Shown: positions 46,538 through 56,842 of the stretch, piece by piece
Numbering within the stretch: the stretch's first letter is position 1
Layout of the letters: every line of letters starts with the position of its first letter
Source: Chamaesiphon sp.
Lineage (GTDB): Bacteria > Cyanobacteriota > Cyanobacteriia > Cyanobacteriales > Chamaesiphonaceae
Direction of reading: 5' to 3'
DNA length: 64,000 nucleotides
Assembly (NCBI GenBank): GCA_965246715.1
Contig: CBDFFH010000038.1
Location: forward strand, 64,001 to 128,000
The notes under the pieces: model-generated
Databases searched by the model: none
What the model saw: the letters and a program-made list of their open reading frames with translations, nothing else
What the model was told of the DNA's origin: nothing
Program-made: the position numbers and the translations under genes

Positions 46538-48061
46538 ATGCTTACCGATCTCCCAACTACAATCCCCACTCCTACCCAAATTCAATCCGTACGAGAATAC
46601 ATCAAACGTACCTGGAAAACCCTCTATCGATCGCAAGAACACATTCTCAAAGCAGCCAAAGATATCAAAGTCGAACATACCCCCGGTCAAAGGTGGATAG
46701 TGTACGTCTCTCAACAAGAAGACTTCGATCGAGTCACACAATCCCTCCAGCAAGTGCTACCAGCATTAGAATGGAGCCAAATCGACCTCCGCGTCCTACC
46801 TGCGGATGTAGACCAAATCCAAGAACACGGTCTCCTCTACCTGCCCCACGCGTATGTAGTGCCTGGTGGTAGGTTCAACGAAATGTATGGGTGGGATAGC
46901 TATTTCATCCAGATGGGACTGTTGCGGGATGGTGAAATCGACCTAGCGCGGAGCATGACCGAACAACTAATCTATGAGATCGAGCATTATGGCACAATTC
47001 TCAATGCCAATCGCACTTATCAACTGGCGCGCTCTCAGCCACCATTATTAACGCTGATGATTTTGTCAGTATATGCCCAAACTCACGATCGAGATTGGGT
47101 GCGATCGCTGCTACCGATGGTCGAGCGGTTCTATTACTACTGGACGGTGCCGCCACATTTAAACCCTGCCACTGGGCTATCTCGCTACTACGCCTTGGGT
47201 AATGGCCCCGCGCCAGAAGTGCTGGTATCTGAGCAGGACGAGGATGGCAGAACGCATTACGATCGGGTGCGCGAGTATTACCGTCAGCATGATATTACTG
47301 ATTACGATCTCAACCTGTATTACGATCGAGAGCAAGATTGTCTGACTGACTTGTTTTATCAAGGCGATCGATCGATGCGCGAATCGGGGTTTGATATTAC
47401 CAACCGCTTTGGCCCCTTTAGTGTCGATATCATTCATTATGTGCCCGTCTGCTTGAATGTCTTGCTGTACCAAATGGAGCGAGATCTGGCGACCCTCTAC
47501 GAAATCGTCGGTCAGGAGGAATCCGCTCAGCCTTGGCGAGATCGGGCGATCGATCGTCACGAACGGATCGATCGATTTTTGTGGGACGAAGATGCTGGTC
47601 AATATTTTGACTACAACTTTAGTACTGGAGATCGTCGTCAGTATGAGTTTGCCACCACCTTCTATCCCCTGTGGGCGGGGATTGCCTCAGTCGAACAAGC
47701 CCAGCGAGTAGTCGAAAATCTTGCCAAGTTTGAAATGCCAGGTGGTTTACTCACCAGCACCCATGTTAGCGGCAACCAGTGGGATGCACCGTTTGGGTGG
47801 GCACCGTTGCAGCTATTTGCAGTACAAGGGTTGCACCGATATGGTTATAAAGAGGATGCAGCGCGATTGGCGCAGAAATTTATTGCAATGCTCGTTCAAG
47901 AATTTACCAGCTCTGGCACCCTAGTGGAAAAATACGATGTCTGCGCCTGTTCTGCGAATGTTTCGGACGAAATTCTCTTTGGCTACAGCTCTAACGAAAT
48001 TGGCTTCGGCTGGACAAATGGTGTATTTTTAGAGTTACTAGCAATTCTAGAAGACGACTGA
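46538..48061 (+). CDS. treH: Trehalase (GH37)
   Basis: PGGRFNEMYGWDSYF, RSQPPL, RESGFD, QWDAPFGWAPLQ, GFGWTNGV. Confidence 0.93.
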   Translation: MLTDLPTTIPTPTQIQSVREYIKRTWKTLYRSQEHILKAAKDIKVEHTPGQRWIVYVSQQEDFDRVTQSLQQVLPALEWSQIDLRVLPADVDQIQEHGLLYLPHAYVVPGGRFNEMYGWDSYFIQMGLLRDGEIDLARSMTEQLIYEIEHYGTILNANRTYQLARSQPPLLTLMILSVYAQTHDRDWVRSLLPMVERFYYYWTVPPHLNPATGLSRYYALGNGPAPEVLVSEQDEDGRTHYDRVREYYRQHDITDYDLNLYYDREQDCLTDLFYQGDRSMRESGFDITNRFGPFSVDIIHYVPVCLNVLLYQMERDLATLYEIVGQEESAQPWRDRAIDRHERIDRFLWDEDAGQYFDYNFSTGDRRQYEFATTFYPLWAGIASVEQAQRVVENLAKFEMPGGLLTSTHVSGNQWDAPFGWAPLQLFAVQGLHRYGYKEDAARLAQKFIAMLVQEFTSSGTLVEKYDVCACSANVSDEILFGYSSNEIGFGWTNGVFLELLAILEDD

Positions 48062-48288
48062 GGAATGGATGGTGGTTCGAGTGCAGTCCAACTGAATCGC
48101 TCGATAGCGATCGAAATAATTTGTAGCAATTGAATAAATCGATAAATTATTAGTTTTCATTTGCTTGCATGGTGTGTAATTGAGTATGCAATAACGATCG
48201 GCAATCGATTGCCAGCACACAACCTGAAGATGGCTCGAATAGTCTCAGCTTTTTTATCTTCGAGTCGATTTAGGTCGCTCTACAAAAT

Positions 48289-48340
48289 AAAAAGCCCCAA
48301 CTCTAGGAGCTGGGGACGAATCATCAGGGTGCATCTACCA
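48289..48340 (-). ncRNA. NsiR1-like small RNA (putative)
   Basis: Minus strand TGGTAGATGCACCCTGATGATTCGTCCCCAGCTCCTAGAGTTGGGGCTTTTT; 5' part matches NsiR1 as recalled; terminator present; TCCCGA about 36 nt upstream. Confidence 0.55.
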
Positions 48341-48478
48341 CTCCTATATCCGCACCCTGACTGTGGCTATCGGGATGAAAACAGATCGATTGGAATAATT
48401 CTCGTTCCCAGCGACTCCACCAACGGGCATAATGATGCAAGATTTGAGATTAATTCCCAATTTTTGGCGAAAACCCCT

Positions 48479-49315
48479 ATGACTACAGTAAAAGATGCGA
48501 TCGATAGCATGTTGCGATCGCGGGTTGTCGATACCGGACGAGTGAGTGGGCTGAGTCGGCAAATTATCGCCCAGATGAATAATCTCCAAACTGGGATTTT
48601 GCTCAATTTTGAAAGCTTACCAGGAATAGTTAGTTCGCAAGAACCACATCTCAATTTATTTCTACAATCTGGCCCTAAAGAGTCGCTGCGTGCTGCATTG
48701 CGGGATGGTACCACCAAACAGCCCAAGTTGAAAATGACGATTAATTCGGCTTATCGCACCGTCGTCCAGCAATATATTCTCTTTCAACTCTACCGCCACG
48801 ATCGGAAGTTAGTCCCATTAGCCGCTATTCCAGGGAATAGCAATCATGAAGATGGCATGGCGATCGATATCAATAATTATCAGGAGTGGAAGCCTTATCT
48901 GCTCGGTCATGGCTGGCAATGGCAGGGCAATGGCGATCCTGTCCATTTTTTCGATCGCAGCGGGCGCGATGATGTTGGTAGTCTAGGGGTACAAGCATTT
49001 CAGAGTCTCTGGAATAAATATCATCCAGAAGACAAGATTCCCGCTACCGGAAATTTTGGAGATCTCACAGCCGCCAGGATGGATCGATCTCCTATTAGTG
49101 GGTTCGGAGCGGTGACGATTTTTCATCAAGGCGATACCGGAGCTGCGATCGAACGGATTCAAACAGCGTTAACTAAAATGGGTTTCACCGTGCCAGTTAC
49201 AGGCACATTCGGCGAACAAACTAAAGATGCTGTCATCAAATTTCAACACAAGTACGGCTTGAGTGCCGATGGCTCTGTCGGCCCACTTACACTCAAAAAA
49301 TTGGGAATCATTTGA
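48479..49315 (+). CDS. M15-type peptidase with peptidoglycan-binding domain(s)
   Basis: INSAYR, SNHEDGMAID, DPVHF zinc-peptidase motifs; C-terminal QTAL...FQ...GL.ADG.VGP.T PG-binding domain. Confidence 0.8.
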   Translation: MTTVKDAIDSMLRSRVVDTGRVSGLSRQIIAQMNNLQTGILLNFESLPGIVSSQEPHLNLFLQSGPKESLRAALRDGTTKQPKLKMTINSAYRTVVQQYILFQLYRHDRKLVPLAAIPGNSNHEDGMAIDINNYQEWKPYLLGHGWQWQGNGDPVHFFDRSGRDDVGSLGVQAFQSLWNKYHPEDKIPATGNFGDLTAARMDRSPISGFGAVTIFHQGDTGAAIERIQTALTKMGFTVPVTGTFGEQTKDAVIKFQHKYGLSADGSVGPLTLKKLGII

Positions 49316-49376
49316 TGATGGATTGTCGAGTCGATCGAGGATGTTAAAATGGTGTTGTATATTTCTTAACAGGCTG

Positions 49377-49646
49377 ATGACACTAACCATTGACCTACCA
49401 TCAGAATTAGAACGGTATCTCTTGCAGGAAGCTCGATCGCAAGGGATTTCGCTAGAGGCTATGACATTGCGACTGTTGACAAACTCTATCCCGATGCTCG
49501 ATTCGAGCGGCTCCGCCAATGGGCAAGAACTAACCGCAGCCTTACCTGCAAAACAACAGCGAGTATTTGGGCAATATCAGGGCAGAATTAAAATGAGTGA
49601 AGATTTTGACGAACCTTTACCAGATTCTTTTTGGTTAGGCGAGTAA
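49377..49646 (+). CDS. Antitoxin (DUF2281-like)
   Basis: MTLTIDLPSELE N-terminus; RVFGQYQGRIKMSEDFDEPLPDSFW tail; overlaps toxin start (TAATG). Confidence 0.8.
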   Translation: MTLTIDLPSELERYLLQEARSQGISLEAMTLRLLTNSIPMLDSSGSANGQELTAALPAKQQRVFGQYQGRIKMSEDFDEPLPDSFWLGE

Positions 49647-50032
49647 TGAAGCTACTGCTAGATACCAACGTTTTTATCTGGCTCAATGATGCACCACATC
49701 GAGTGAGAGATCGAGTCATGGCAGTCATCTCGAATCCAGATAATGACTTGTACTTGAGTTTGACTAGTATTTGGGAAATGCAAATTAAAATTCAACTCGG
49801 AAAGCTAGAACTGAGCGATTCTCTCCCTGACATTTTAAAAACCCAACAAGCAGGAAATAATCTTCAAGTTCTAACGATCGACCTTAACCATATTTGGTCG
49901 TTAGAAAATTTACCATATCATCATCGCGATCCTTTTGACAGATTATTAATCGCCCAGGCAAAAACTGAAGGAATGACATTGGTGTCCGCAGATGGGATAT
50001 TCGAGATGTACGATGTAGATTTGCTATGGTAG
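49646..50032 (+). CDS. vapC: PIN-domain VapC toxin
   Basis: LLDTNVFIW, SIWEM, HRDPFDRLLIAQA, LVSAD. Confidence 0.93.
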   Translation: MKLLLDTNVFIWLNDAPHRVRDRVMAVISNPDNDLYLSLTSIWEMQIKIQLGKLELSDSLPDILKTQQAGNNLQVLTIDLNHIWSLENLPYHHRDPFDRLLIAQAKTEGMTLVSADGIFEMYDVDLLW

Positions 50033-50061
50033 CTTGAGATTTTGAGATCTATCGTCTCAGT

Positions 50062-50123
50062 AGCGATCGGTCTTGAAAGCGTTACAGGACTTAATACAAG
50101 TAACGCTTTCAAGACCGATCGCT
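50062..50123. repeat. Perfect 24-bp inverted repeat
   Basis: agcgatcggtcttgaaagcgttac-14 nt-gtaacgctttcaagaccgatcgct. Confidence 0.9.
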
Positions 50124-50442
50124 GCCGAAAACCGTAGCCTAAGATACATTTTCTACCACAAACCCAGGAGAGCCGGAATATGGGCTTTTAGGGTGTGGTT
50201 GCGATCGCTCCCACCATAAACGCCCACTCCAAACAATCTTGACAATTCAAGCTAATACTGCTGTTCCCCCGATCGCATTACCCCCCATCCCCCAGATTGG
50301 AGATCTCGATCGCCCAAATTCCCCTCGATCTGCTGGGTATCTTAAAATAGAGAAAGTGCATACAAACGATCGGGTAATCCCGAAATAATGCGCTAAACTT
50401 ACATACGGGAATTCGCTCGATGATGGGGATAGGCTAAATATA

Positions 50443-52473
50443 GTGGGTAAAAAAGATATGGAACTAAAGCTACCAGATGCAACCGTAGCTGCGGAATTGA
50501 ATCAATTGTTGAAAAATACTGTAGCTCCCCAGGGTGAAATCAGCGTGGCTCTAAAGCAACATCCTCAAATCGAAGTGCCAAAAGCACCTTGGACGATCGA
50601 AGACAGCGAGCGCCAATACCGGATTGAGGGCTGGGGCGAGCCTTATTTCTCGATTAATGCCGCCGGACATGTTACTGTTGCGCCTCAAGGCGATCGCGGT
50701 GGTTCGCTCGACCTCTACGATCTCGTTAGCGCCCTCAAACAGCGCAATCTGTCTCTGCCCCTACTGATTCGTTTTTCAGATATCTTAGAGCACCGAATCG
50801 AGCGGTTGAATGCCTGTTTTGCGAAGGCGATCGCTCGGTATAATTATGATGGTGTTTATAAGGGAGTATTTCCCGTTAAGTGTAATCAACAAAAGCACTT
50901 AGTCGAAGATCTGGTTAAATTTGGTAGACCTTATCAATTTGGATTAGAAGCGGGTTCCAAACCAGAGTTGACGATCGCGATCGCGATGTTAAATAACCCT
51001 GGTGCGTTGTTAATCTGCAACGGCTACAAAGATCGCGAATATATCGAAACCGCGATCCTCGCCCAGAAATTAGACCAAACCCCGATTATCGTTCTCGAAC
51101 AAATCGAAGAAGTCGAAATCGCGATCGCTGCGGCTCAATCCCTGGGCATCAAACCCAATCTCGGCGTGCGGGCGAAGCTCAATGCCAAAGGCACCGGACG
51201 CTGGGGTGTATCGAGTGGCGATCGCGCTAAATTTGGGCTGACAATTCCCGAAATTATCATGGTCGTGGACAGGCTCAAGGAAGTCGATATGTTAGACTCT
51301 CTCCAGCTCCTCCACTTCCACATCGGCTCGCAAATTTCCTCGATTTCGGTAATTAAGGAAGCCATCGGCGAAGCGAGTAAAATCTACGTCGAACTCGTGC
51401 AACTGGGCGCGAAGATGAAATATCTAGACGTAGGTGGCGGCTTGGGCATCGACTATGACGGTTCGCAAACCAATTTTCACGCATCCAAAAATTACGATCT
51501 CCAAAACTACGCCAACGATATCGTTGCCGAAGTGCGTGAGACTTGTAACGAGAAAAATATCCCCGTTCCAACTTTAATCAGTGAAAGCGGACGCGCGATC
51601 GCCTCACACCAATCCGTGCTGGTATTTGATGTCCTCAGTACTTGTGAAGTCCGGACGGATTTACCCCAGCCGAAGACCGATGCCGAGCATCAGATCGTGC
51701 GAAATCTTTGGGAAACTTATGAAAGTATCACTCCTGAAAACTTTCGCGAAGCTTTCTATGATGCCAACCAATTTAAGGATGAAGCCTTGAGTCGGTTCAA
51801 GCTCGGCTATCTGACGATGACCGATCGATCGCGTGCCGAACAACTTTACTGGGCTTGCTGCCAAAAAATCCTCGATATCGCTAAGCGCGAGGAATATATG
51901 CCCGAAGATTTGGAAGAACTCGAACAAATCATGGCATCGATTTACTATATCAACCTGTCGGTATTTCAATCCGCACCAGATAGTTGGGCGATCGATCAAT
52001 TATTCCCGATCATGCCCATCCATCGCTTGGATGAAGAACCCACTCGGCGCGGGATCTTAGCCGATCTTACTTGCGATAGCGATGGTAAAATCGACCAATT
52101 TATCGACCTCAAGGATGTCAAACACGTCCTCGAACTCCACGCCCTCGAACCCAACAAACCTTATTATCTAGGTTTATTCCTCGGCGGCGCTTATCAAGAA
52201 ACGATGGGCAATCTCCATAATCTCTTCGGTGATACCAATGCCGTCCACATCAAACTCACCCCCAAAGGCTACAAAATCGAACATGTAGTTAAGGGTGACA
52301 CGATGAAGGAAGTATTGGGTTACGTCCAATACGATATCGAAGATATGGTCGAAAGCGTCCGTCAAAAAGCCGAACAAGCCTTGTTAGACAAACGCATTAC
52401 GATCGATGAAGCTCAACGATTATTGAAAAACTACGAACGCAGTCTCGAACAATATACTTATCTGACTCCATAA
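50443..52473 (+). CDS. speA: Biosynthetic arginine decarboxylase
   Basis: FPVKCNQ (PLP Lys), GLEAGSKPEL, HFHIGSQ, DVGGGLG, SESGRA, DLTCDSDG. Confidence 0.97.
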   Translation: MGKKDMELKLPDATVAAELNQLLKNTVAPQGEISVALKQHPQIEVPKAPWTIEDSERQYRIEGWGEPYFSINAAGHVTVAPQGDRGGSLDLYDLVSALKQRNLSLPLLIRFSDILEHRIERLNACFAKAIARYNYDGVYKGVFPVKCNQQKHLVEDLVKFGRPYQFGLEAGSKPELTIAIAMLNNPGALLICNGYKDREYIETAILAQKLDQTPIIVLEQIEEVEIAIAAAQSLGIKPNLGVRAKLNAKGTGRWGVSSGDRAKFGLTIPEIIMVVDRLKEVDMLDSLQLLHFHIGSQISSISVIKEAIGEASKIYVELVQLGAKMKYLDVGGGLGIDYDGSQTNFHASKNYDLQNYANDIVAEVRETCNEKNIPVPTLISESGRAIASHQSVLVFDVLSTCEVRTDLPQPKTDAEHQIVRNLWETYESITPENFREAFYDANQFKDEALSRFKLGYLTMTDRSRAEQLYWACCQKILDIAKREEYMPEDLEELEQIMASIYYINLSVFQSAPDSWAIDQLFPIMPIHRLDEEPTRRGILADLTCDSDGKIDQFIDLKDVKHVLELHALEPNKPYYLGLFLGGAYQETMGNLHNLFGDTNAVHIKLTPKGYKIEHVVKGDTMKEVLGYVQYDIEDMVESVRQKAEQALLDKRITIDEAQRLLKNYERSLEQYTYLTP

Positions 52474-52492
52474 ATTGGTGTTAGATATATTT

Positions 52493-52527
52493 AAAAGGTC
52501 GATCGAGTATTACTCGATCGACCTTTT
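52493..52527 (+). terminator. Intrinsic (probably bidirectional) terminator after speA
   Basis: aaaaggtcgatcgagta-t-tactcgatcgaccttttt. Confidence 0.8.
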
Positions 52528-52606
52528 TATTCCAGTAGGGAGCGTCGCCAATTTGATTTTCGTCAACGCTTAAATGTTGCGATTTAACATCGAAAGGCCA
52601 TCGAGC

Positions 52607-52873
52607 CTACCGCTCCGAACGCTGACGACTGGGAGCCAGATCGCCATACCGCCGCCGCCATTCGAGCTGCCGCCGCCGCGCCTGCTGCCGCCGAAGTTTT
52701 TCCCGTAAGCGTTGGCGTTCGGCCGATTCGGGACTCTGACGCATTGTCGACTGCGCTGTGAAATCTGAGCGTCGATTGACAGCGCTACTATCCGGCTCGG
52801 CAATTGCCTGACTCGGGTGGATAACTGGCACCATTGTCAAGCAAACAACGGCGATTGCTACATACTTAAACAT
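52607..52873 (-). CDS. Small secreted protein, paralog A
   Basis: Signal peptide ending AIA; C-terminus QLEWRRRYGDLAPSRQRSER. Confidence 0.75.
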   Translation of the reverse strand: MFKYVAIAVVCLTMVPVIHPSQAIAEPDSSAVNRRSDFTAQSTMRQSPESAERQRLREKLRRQQARRRQLEWRRRYGDLAPSRQRSER

Positions 52874-52982
52874 ACTAAGTTTCCCCTGATTAGATTGGAT
52901 TGAAATTCGATCGGGTTAACTTGAATCAACATGGGTTCGCTCGATTTAAGTGGAGCGAGAATTCAGTAATAGTCGCTCGAGC

Positions 52983-53264
52983 TTACCGCTCCGAACGCTG
53001 ACGACTGGGTGCCAAATCTCCATACCGCCGTCGCCATTCCAACTGCTCCTCGAGAGCAGTCTGCTGCTGGACTTTTGCACGGTCCCGTTCGCGTTCGATC
53101 GACTCTGGAGTGCGTTGTCCGATTGGCAGATCGCTCGGAGCTGACTGCTGAGTTACATTGTTGTTACTGCGATTCGACTCGGCTATTTCTGCGATCGATC
53201 GAGTCGGCTGAAGCACTGGCAAGAGCGTCAGCCAAAAAAGTAATAGAGTTGTAGATTTGAACAT
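52983..53264 (-). CDS. Small secreted protein, paralog B
   Basis: Signal peptide ending SIA; same 20-aa C-terminus; starts 5 bp after the beta-barrel stop. Confidence 0.75.
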   Translation of the reverse strand: MFKSTTLLLFWLTLLPVLQPTRSIAEIAESNRSNNNVTQQSAPSDLPIGQRTPESIERERDRAKVQQQTALEEQLEWRRRYGDLAPSRQRSER

Positions 53265-53269
53265 ATCGA

Positions 53270-53716
53270 TTAAAATCTTATCCCCGCCCCGACTGCAACA
53301 TTTGTTGAATCGCTACTGCTAATCGGCACATTTAGATTGGCTTTTAACACAAAAAGACTGTCGATATTATAATCTGCGCCAGCAGTAAGATAAGCAGTCG
53401 TATTACTGTTATTACCGCCGCTATTAAATCTCACACCTACACCACCAAAGGGGGTCAACTTTCTCTCAGCATCTACAGTTGGAAAGTCATAGGTTATTGC
53501 CGCACCAAAGGTTGTCGTATTGTTAGGGAAATAAATGCTCGGACGCACAGAGACGCTATCATAAATGACGAAGCGAGAATCGATACCGACCGATGTCTGT
53601 CCGTTACCAAAAAGTACGGATGCGCCAACGTTGTTTTGACCTAATTGCGCTTGTGCTGGTCGGACTGCCAAGAATGTAGATGACAGAATTGCTAATGATA
53701 ATAGTAGTTTTTTCAT
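53270..53716 (-). CDS. Small outer-membrane beta-barrel protein
   Basis: AQA signal peptide, amphipathic beta strands, C-terminal GAGIRF. Confidence 0.8.
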   Translation of the reverse strand: MKKLLLSLAILSSTFLAVRPAQAQLGQNNVGASVLFGNGQTSVGIDSRFVIYDSVSVRPSIYFPNNTTTFGAAITYDFPTVDAERKLTPFGGVGVRFNSGGNNSNTTAYLTAGADYNIDSLFVLKANLNVPISSSDSTNVAVGAGIRF

Positions 53717-54101
53717 GATATGTTTGTGTCGAACAATGAAGACAATAATCGAACTGCTTGGAAAAGGTAACTACTCGATCGAATCGAGATTTTCTCAAGT
53801 GATTTAAGGTTCGATACCACCAATTATCATGAAAATTACTCTATGTATCATCAATCGATCGAGATAATCTTTAGTACTAATTTGGACTGAATAAATCGCT
53901 CGATCGACAGATAGCAACGGCGATTGCCGTTGCTATCTGCGGAATTTAGTTAAAAATCGAATTTCTACCTGCACTGACAGCTCGAGCTGCTCTAAGTTAA
54001 GACGCGGCTCACACTCTTTTAGTCGCTCTCACCCCACCAGTCAGTCGGTTGCTCGATCTACTCAGATACTTCGACTTGTCAGACGATAAATATTGCCAAA
54101 T

Positions 54102-55061
54102 TTAAGATGCCAGATACGAACTCATATCACCTTTACGCTTGCGGAGCTTCGAAATCGCATCTCGTTCGATTTGCCGGATCCGTTCGCGACTCATATTTAA
54201 CATCGTACCGATCTGGGCGAGGGTGCGCGGCTGGGTATTTTGCAGCCCAAAACGCAGTGTTAGGACTTGCTGCTGTTGGGGAGTCAGCAATGACATCATT
54301 TTTGCTAAATCCACTTGCAATGCCGCACTAGTAACATAATCATCAGGAGACATCCCTGGATCTTCAAGGAGATCGCCTAGTTCGGTGTCTTGACTGTCAC
54401 CCAAGCGGATATCTAACGATAAAGGCTGCCGCGCCCATTCTAGATAATCTCTGACCTGTGAGGGCGTGAGTTGGAGTTCTGCGGCTAGTTCGGTCATCGT
54501 CGCCGTTCGACCGAGTTTTTGAGCTAATGCGCGTTGCGCTTTTTTAATCTTGTTCAGCTTTTCCGTGATGTGGATGGGGAGCCGAATCGCCCGAGCTTTT
54601 TCAGCGATGGCGCGAGTAATTGCTTGGCGAATCCACCAATATGCATATGTAGAAAAACGATAACCTTTGCTAGGGTCGAATTTATCAACGCCACGCTGCA
54701 TCCCGATCGTTCCCTCTTGAATCAAATCCAAAAAGTCAATATTCCGTTTGGTATATTTTTTGGCCACGGATACTACCAAGCGGAGGTTCGCTTCAACCAT
54801 TTGTCGTTTTGCCTTTTCACCGATGGCAATGGTTTTTTGTAGCTGAAACAAGCTCAGACGGGCGGCCGCCGACCATTCGCTCATATTCGGTTCGCGATTG
54901 AGTTCGACTGTCAGCGCTTGTTTGAGATCCATTAGCGAAACTAACTGCTGCACCTGTTTACCATATTCGATTTCTTGCTCGTGAGTAAGCAACGGTACGC
55001 GCCCGATTTCACGCAGATAGCTGCGGACGGTATCTGTAGATGCGGTAGTGGTCGTTTTCAT
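54102..55061 (-). CDS. Group 2 RNA polymerase sigma factor (SigB-like)
   Basis: [60 protein letters not shown]; no region 1.1. Confidence 0.93.
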   Translation of the reverse strand: MKTTTTASTDTVRSYLREIGRVPLLTHEQEIEYGKQVQQLVSLMDLKQALTVELNREPNMSEWSAAARLSLFQLQKTIAIGEKAKRQMVEANLRLVVSVAKKYTKRNIDFLDLIQEGTIGMQRGVDKFDPSKGYRFSTYAYWWIRQAITRAIAEKARAIRLPIHITEKLNKIKKAQRALAQKLGRTATMTELAAELQLTPSQVRDYLEWARQPLSLDIRLGDSQDTELGDLLEDPGMSPDDYVTSAALQVDLAKMMSLLTPQQQQVLTLRFGLQNTQPRTLAQIGTMLNMSRERIRQIERDAISKLRKRKGDMSSYLAS

Positions 55062-55669
55062 GGGGATGGTGAAGTGTGAGGTAAAGAGCAAGTTGGGGAG
55101 ATCGATGAAGATGCTAGGTTGAGCGCGATCGTAAATAAGTACAAATTCGCAAACCAACTGGAAAGATTTCTCTAGACGTGGTGCCAAACCCTACTAGAGC
55201 GGTTCTCGGCGATATAAGTACTTATTCTGCGCGAGATCGCTAGCGATCGAATCAATCTATCGATATAAGTTTCCTGTTGTAGTTCGGTGTAAAATATCTG
55301 CCAATCGGGAGATCTAAAACTGCTAATTTATCTTGATAGTGAATAATCTCGATCGACGCTCTGGAGATAATTCTAGAAATCGATCGGGCTGAATCGATCG
55401 GGCTGAGTCGCGCTGCTTGTCTCGAGTTTCTGCTTAATGCGCTGTATTGTCTTGCTGCCATATTTTCGATCGCTGAGGTTTAGCACGTCAAGACAGGGAA
55501 ATCTGTCCGCTCTGAGCGGAAGTTGAGCTGGACTCGTGAAATCGTCAAGCATTATCAAAGTTGGCAGCAATCGACTGGATTTGATATAAAGAAGATACTC
55601 TCTCGCGGCAGAATCAAGCTTGCGGAGAAAGTCAAAATAGTTACCAATACGCAAGACTAATCCGATCTA

Positions 55670-56518
55670 ATGGTAGAAATCAAACTAGCGCAACTTCGCA
55701 ATTTATTTGTCGAAATGGATCGGGCATTGATTGCTTATTCTGGTGGCATCGATAGCACTTTGGTTGCTAAGATTGCCTATGATGTTTTAGGAGATCGCGC
55801 CCTAGCAGTGACAGCAAAATCGCCGTCTTTATTACCCGAAGAATTGGAAGACGCAACCATCCAAGCAGCGACGATCGGGATCGCCCATCAAGTCGTAGAA
55901 ACTTATGAGATGGACAATCCTAATTATTCATCAAATCCTGTGAATCGCTGCTATTTTTGCAAGAGCGAACTCCACGATACACTCAAGCCGATGGCGATGA
56001 AATTTGGTTATCCATACGTTGTCGATGGTGTCAATGCTGACGACTTGGGAGATTATCGTCCGGGGATTCAAGCGGCTAAAGAACGTGGTGCTAGGTCTCC
56101 ATTAGCTGAGCTGGGGATTACGAAATTAGAAGTGCGTGAAATTGCCAAATCGATCGGGCTACCTTGGTGGAATAAACCCGCGCAACCTTGTTTGAGTTCG
56201 CGGTTTCCATATGGCGAAGAGATTACGATTCCTAAGTTAAATCGCGTTGGTAGAGCGGAGATTTATTTGCGGCGGCTGGGTTATGAAAATGTCCGCGTTC
56301 GCTCCACTGGCGATACTGCCAAAATTGAGTTGCCTATGGATTTAATTCAACAATTTGTCGCGACCAATAATTTAGCAGAATTAGTAACAATATTTCAATC
56401 TTTTGGGTTTATTTATGTAAGTCTCGACTTAGAAGGTTATCGTAGTGGCAAACTCAATCAAGTATTACCCGAGTTTGTCGCTTCAGCAGGGGCTGCACCA
56501 CAGGTAATTGCAAGTTAG
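55670..56518 (+). CDS. larE: ATP-dependent sacrificial sulfur transferase LarE
   Basis: AYSGGIDST PP-loop, RCYFCK, DYRPG, PCLSSR. Confidence 0.93.
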   Translation: MVEIKLAQLRNLFVEMDRALIAYSGGIDSTLVAKIAYDVLGDRALAVTAKSPSLLPEELEDATIQAATIGIAHQVVETYEMDNPNYSSNPVNRCYFCKSELHDTLKPMAMKFGYPYVVDGVNADDLGDYRPGIQAAKERGARSPLAELGITKLEVREIAKSIGLPWWNKPAQPCLSSRFPYGEEITIPKLNRVGRAEIYLRRLGYENVRVRSTGDTAKIELPMDLIQQFVATNNLAELVTIFQSFGFIYVSLDLEGYRSGKLNQVLPEFVASAGAAPQVIAS

Positions 56519-56842
56519 CCAGAAAAGAATTGAGCGTTGCTGAATTATTGTAGATTTTGGGAATTTAATGTTTTATTACCTGATGAAATAGCTTTCTGGG
56601 CAATATACATCTCAGCTTTGTCCCGTATTTTCAACAGCTTTTTTCAGCTTGAGTGTTTGATAGAGATTAACACCACCCAAAACTCCGATAATTGACGTAG
56701 ACAATCTACATGACAAAGACTAGAGCGATCGCTCTAATCTTTAAAAACATTAGTTTTTGTTTGCTGGCAATAAGATAATAGCGATCGGTTTCTGGCAAAG
56801 GTTTGATGGTCGATTATGCTGACATTAGCGTGACGATCGAAT

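Noticed and set aside
48161..48478. N-terminal extension of the peptidoglycan peptidase
   Set aside because: TTG start, non-protein-like sequence, and it overlaps the putative sRNA; ATG 48479 is preferred.
55062..55187. Extended start of the sigma factor
   Set aside because: Homology begins at [16 protein letters not shown] (55061).
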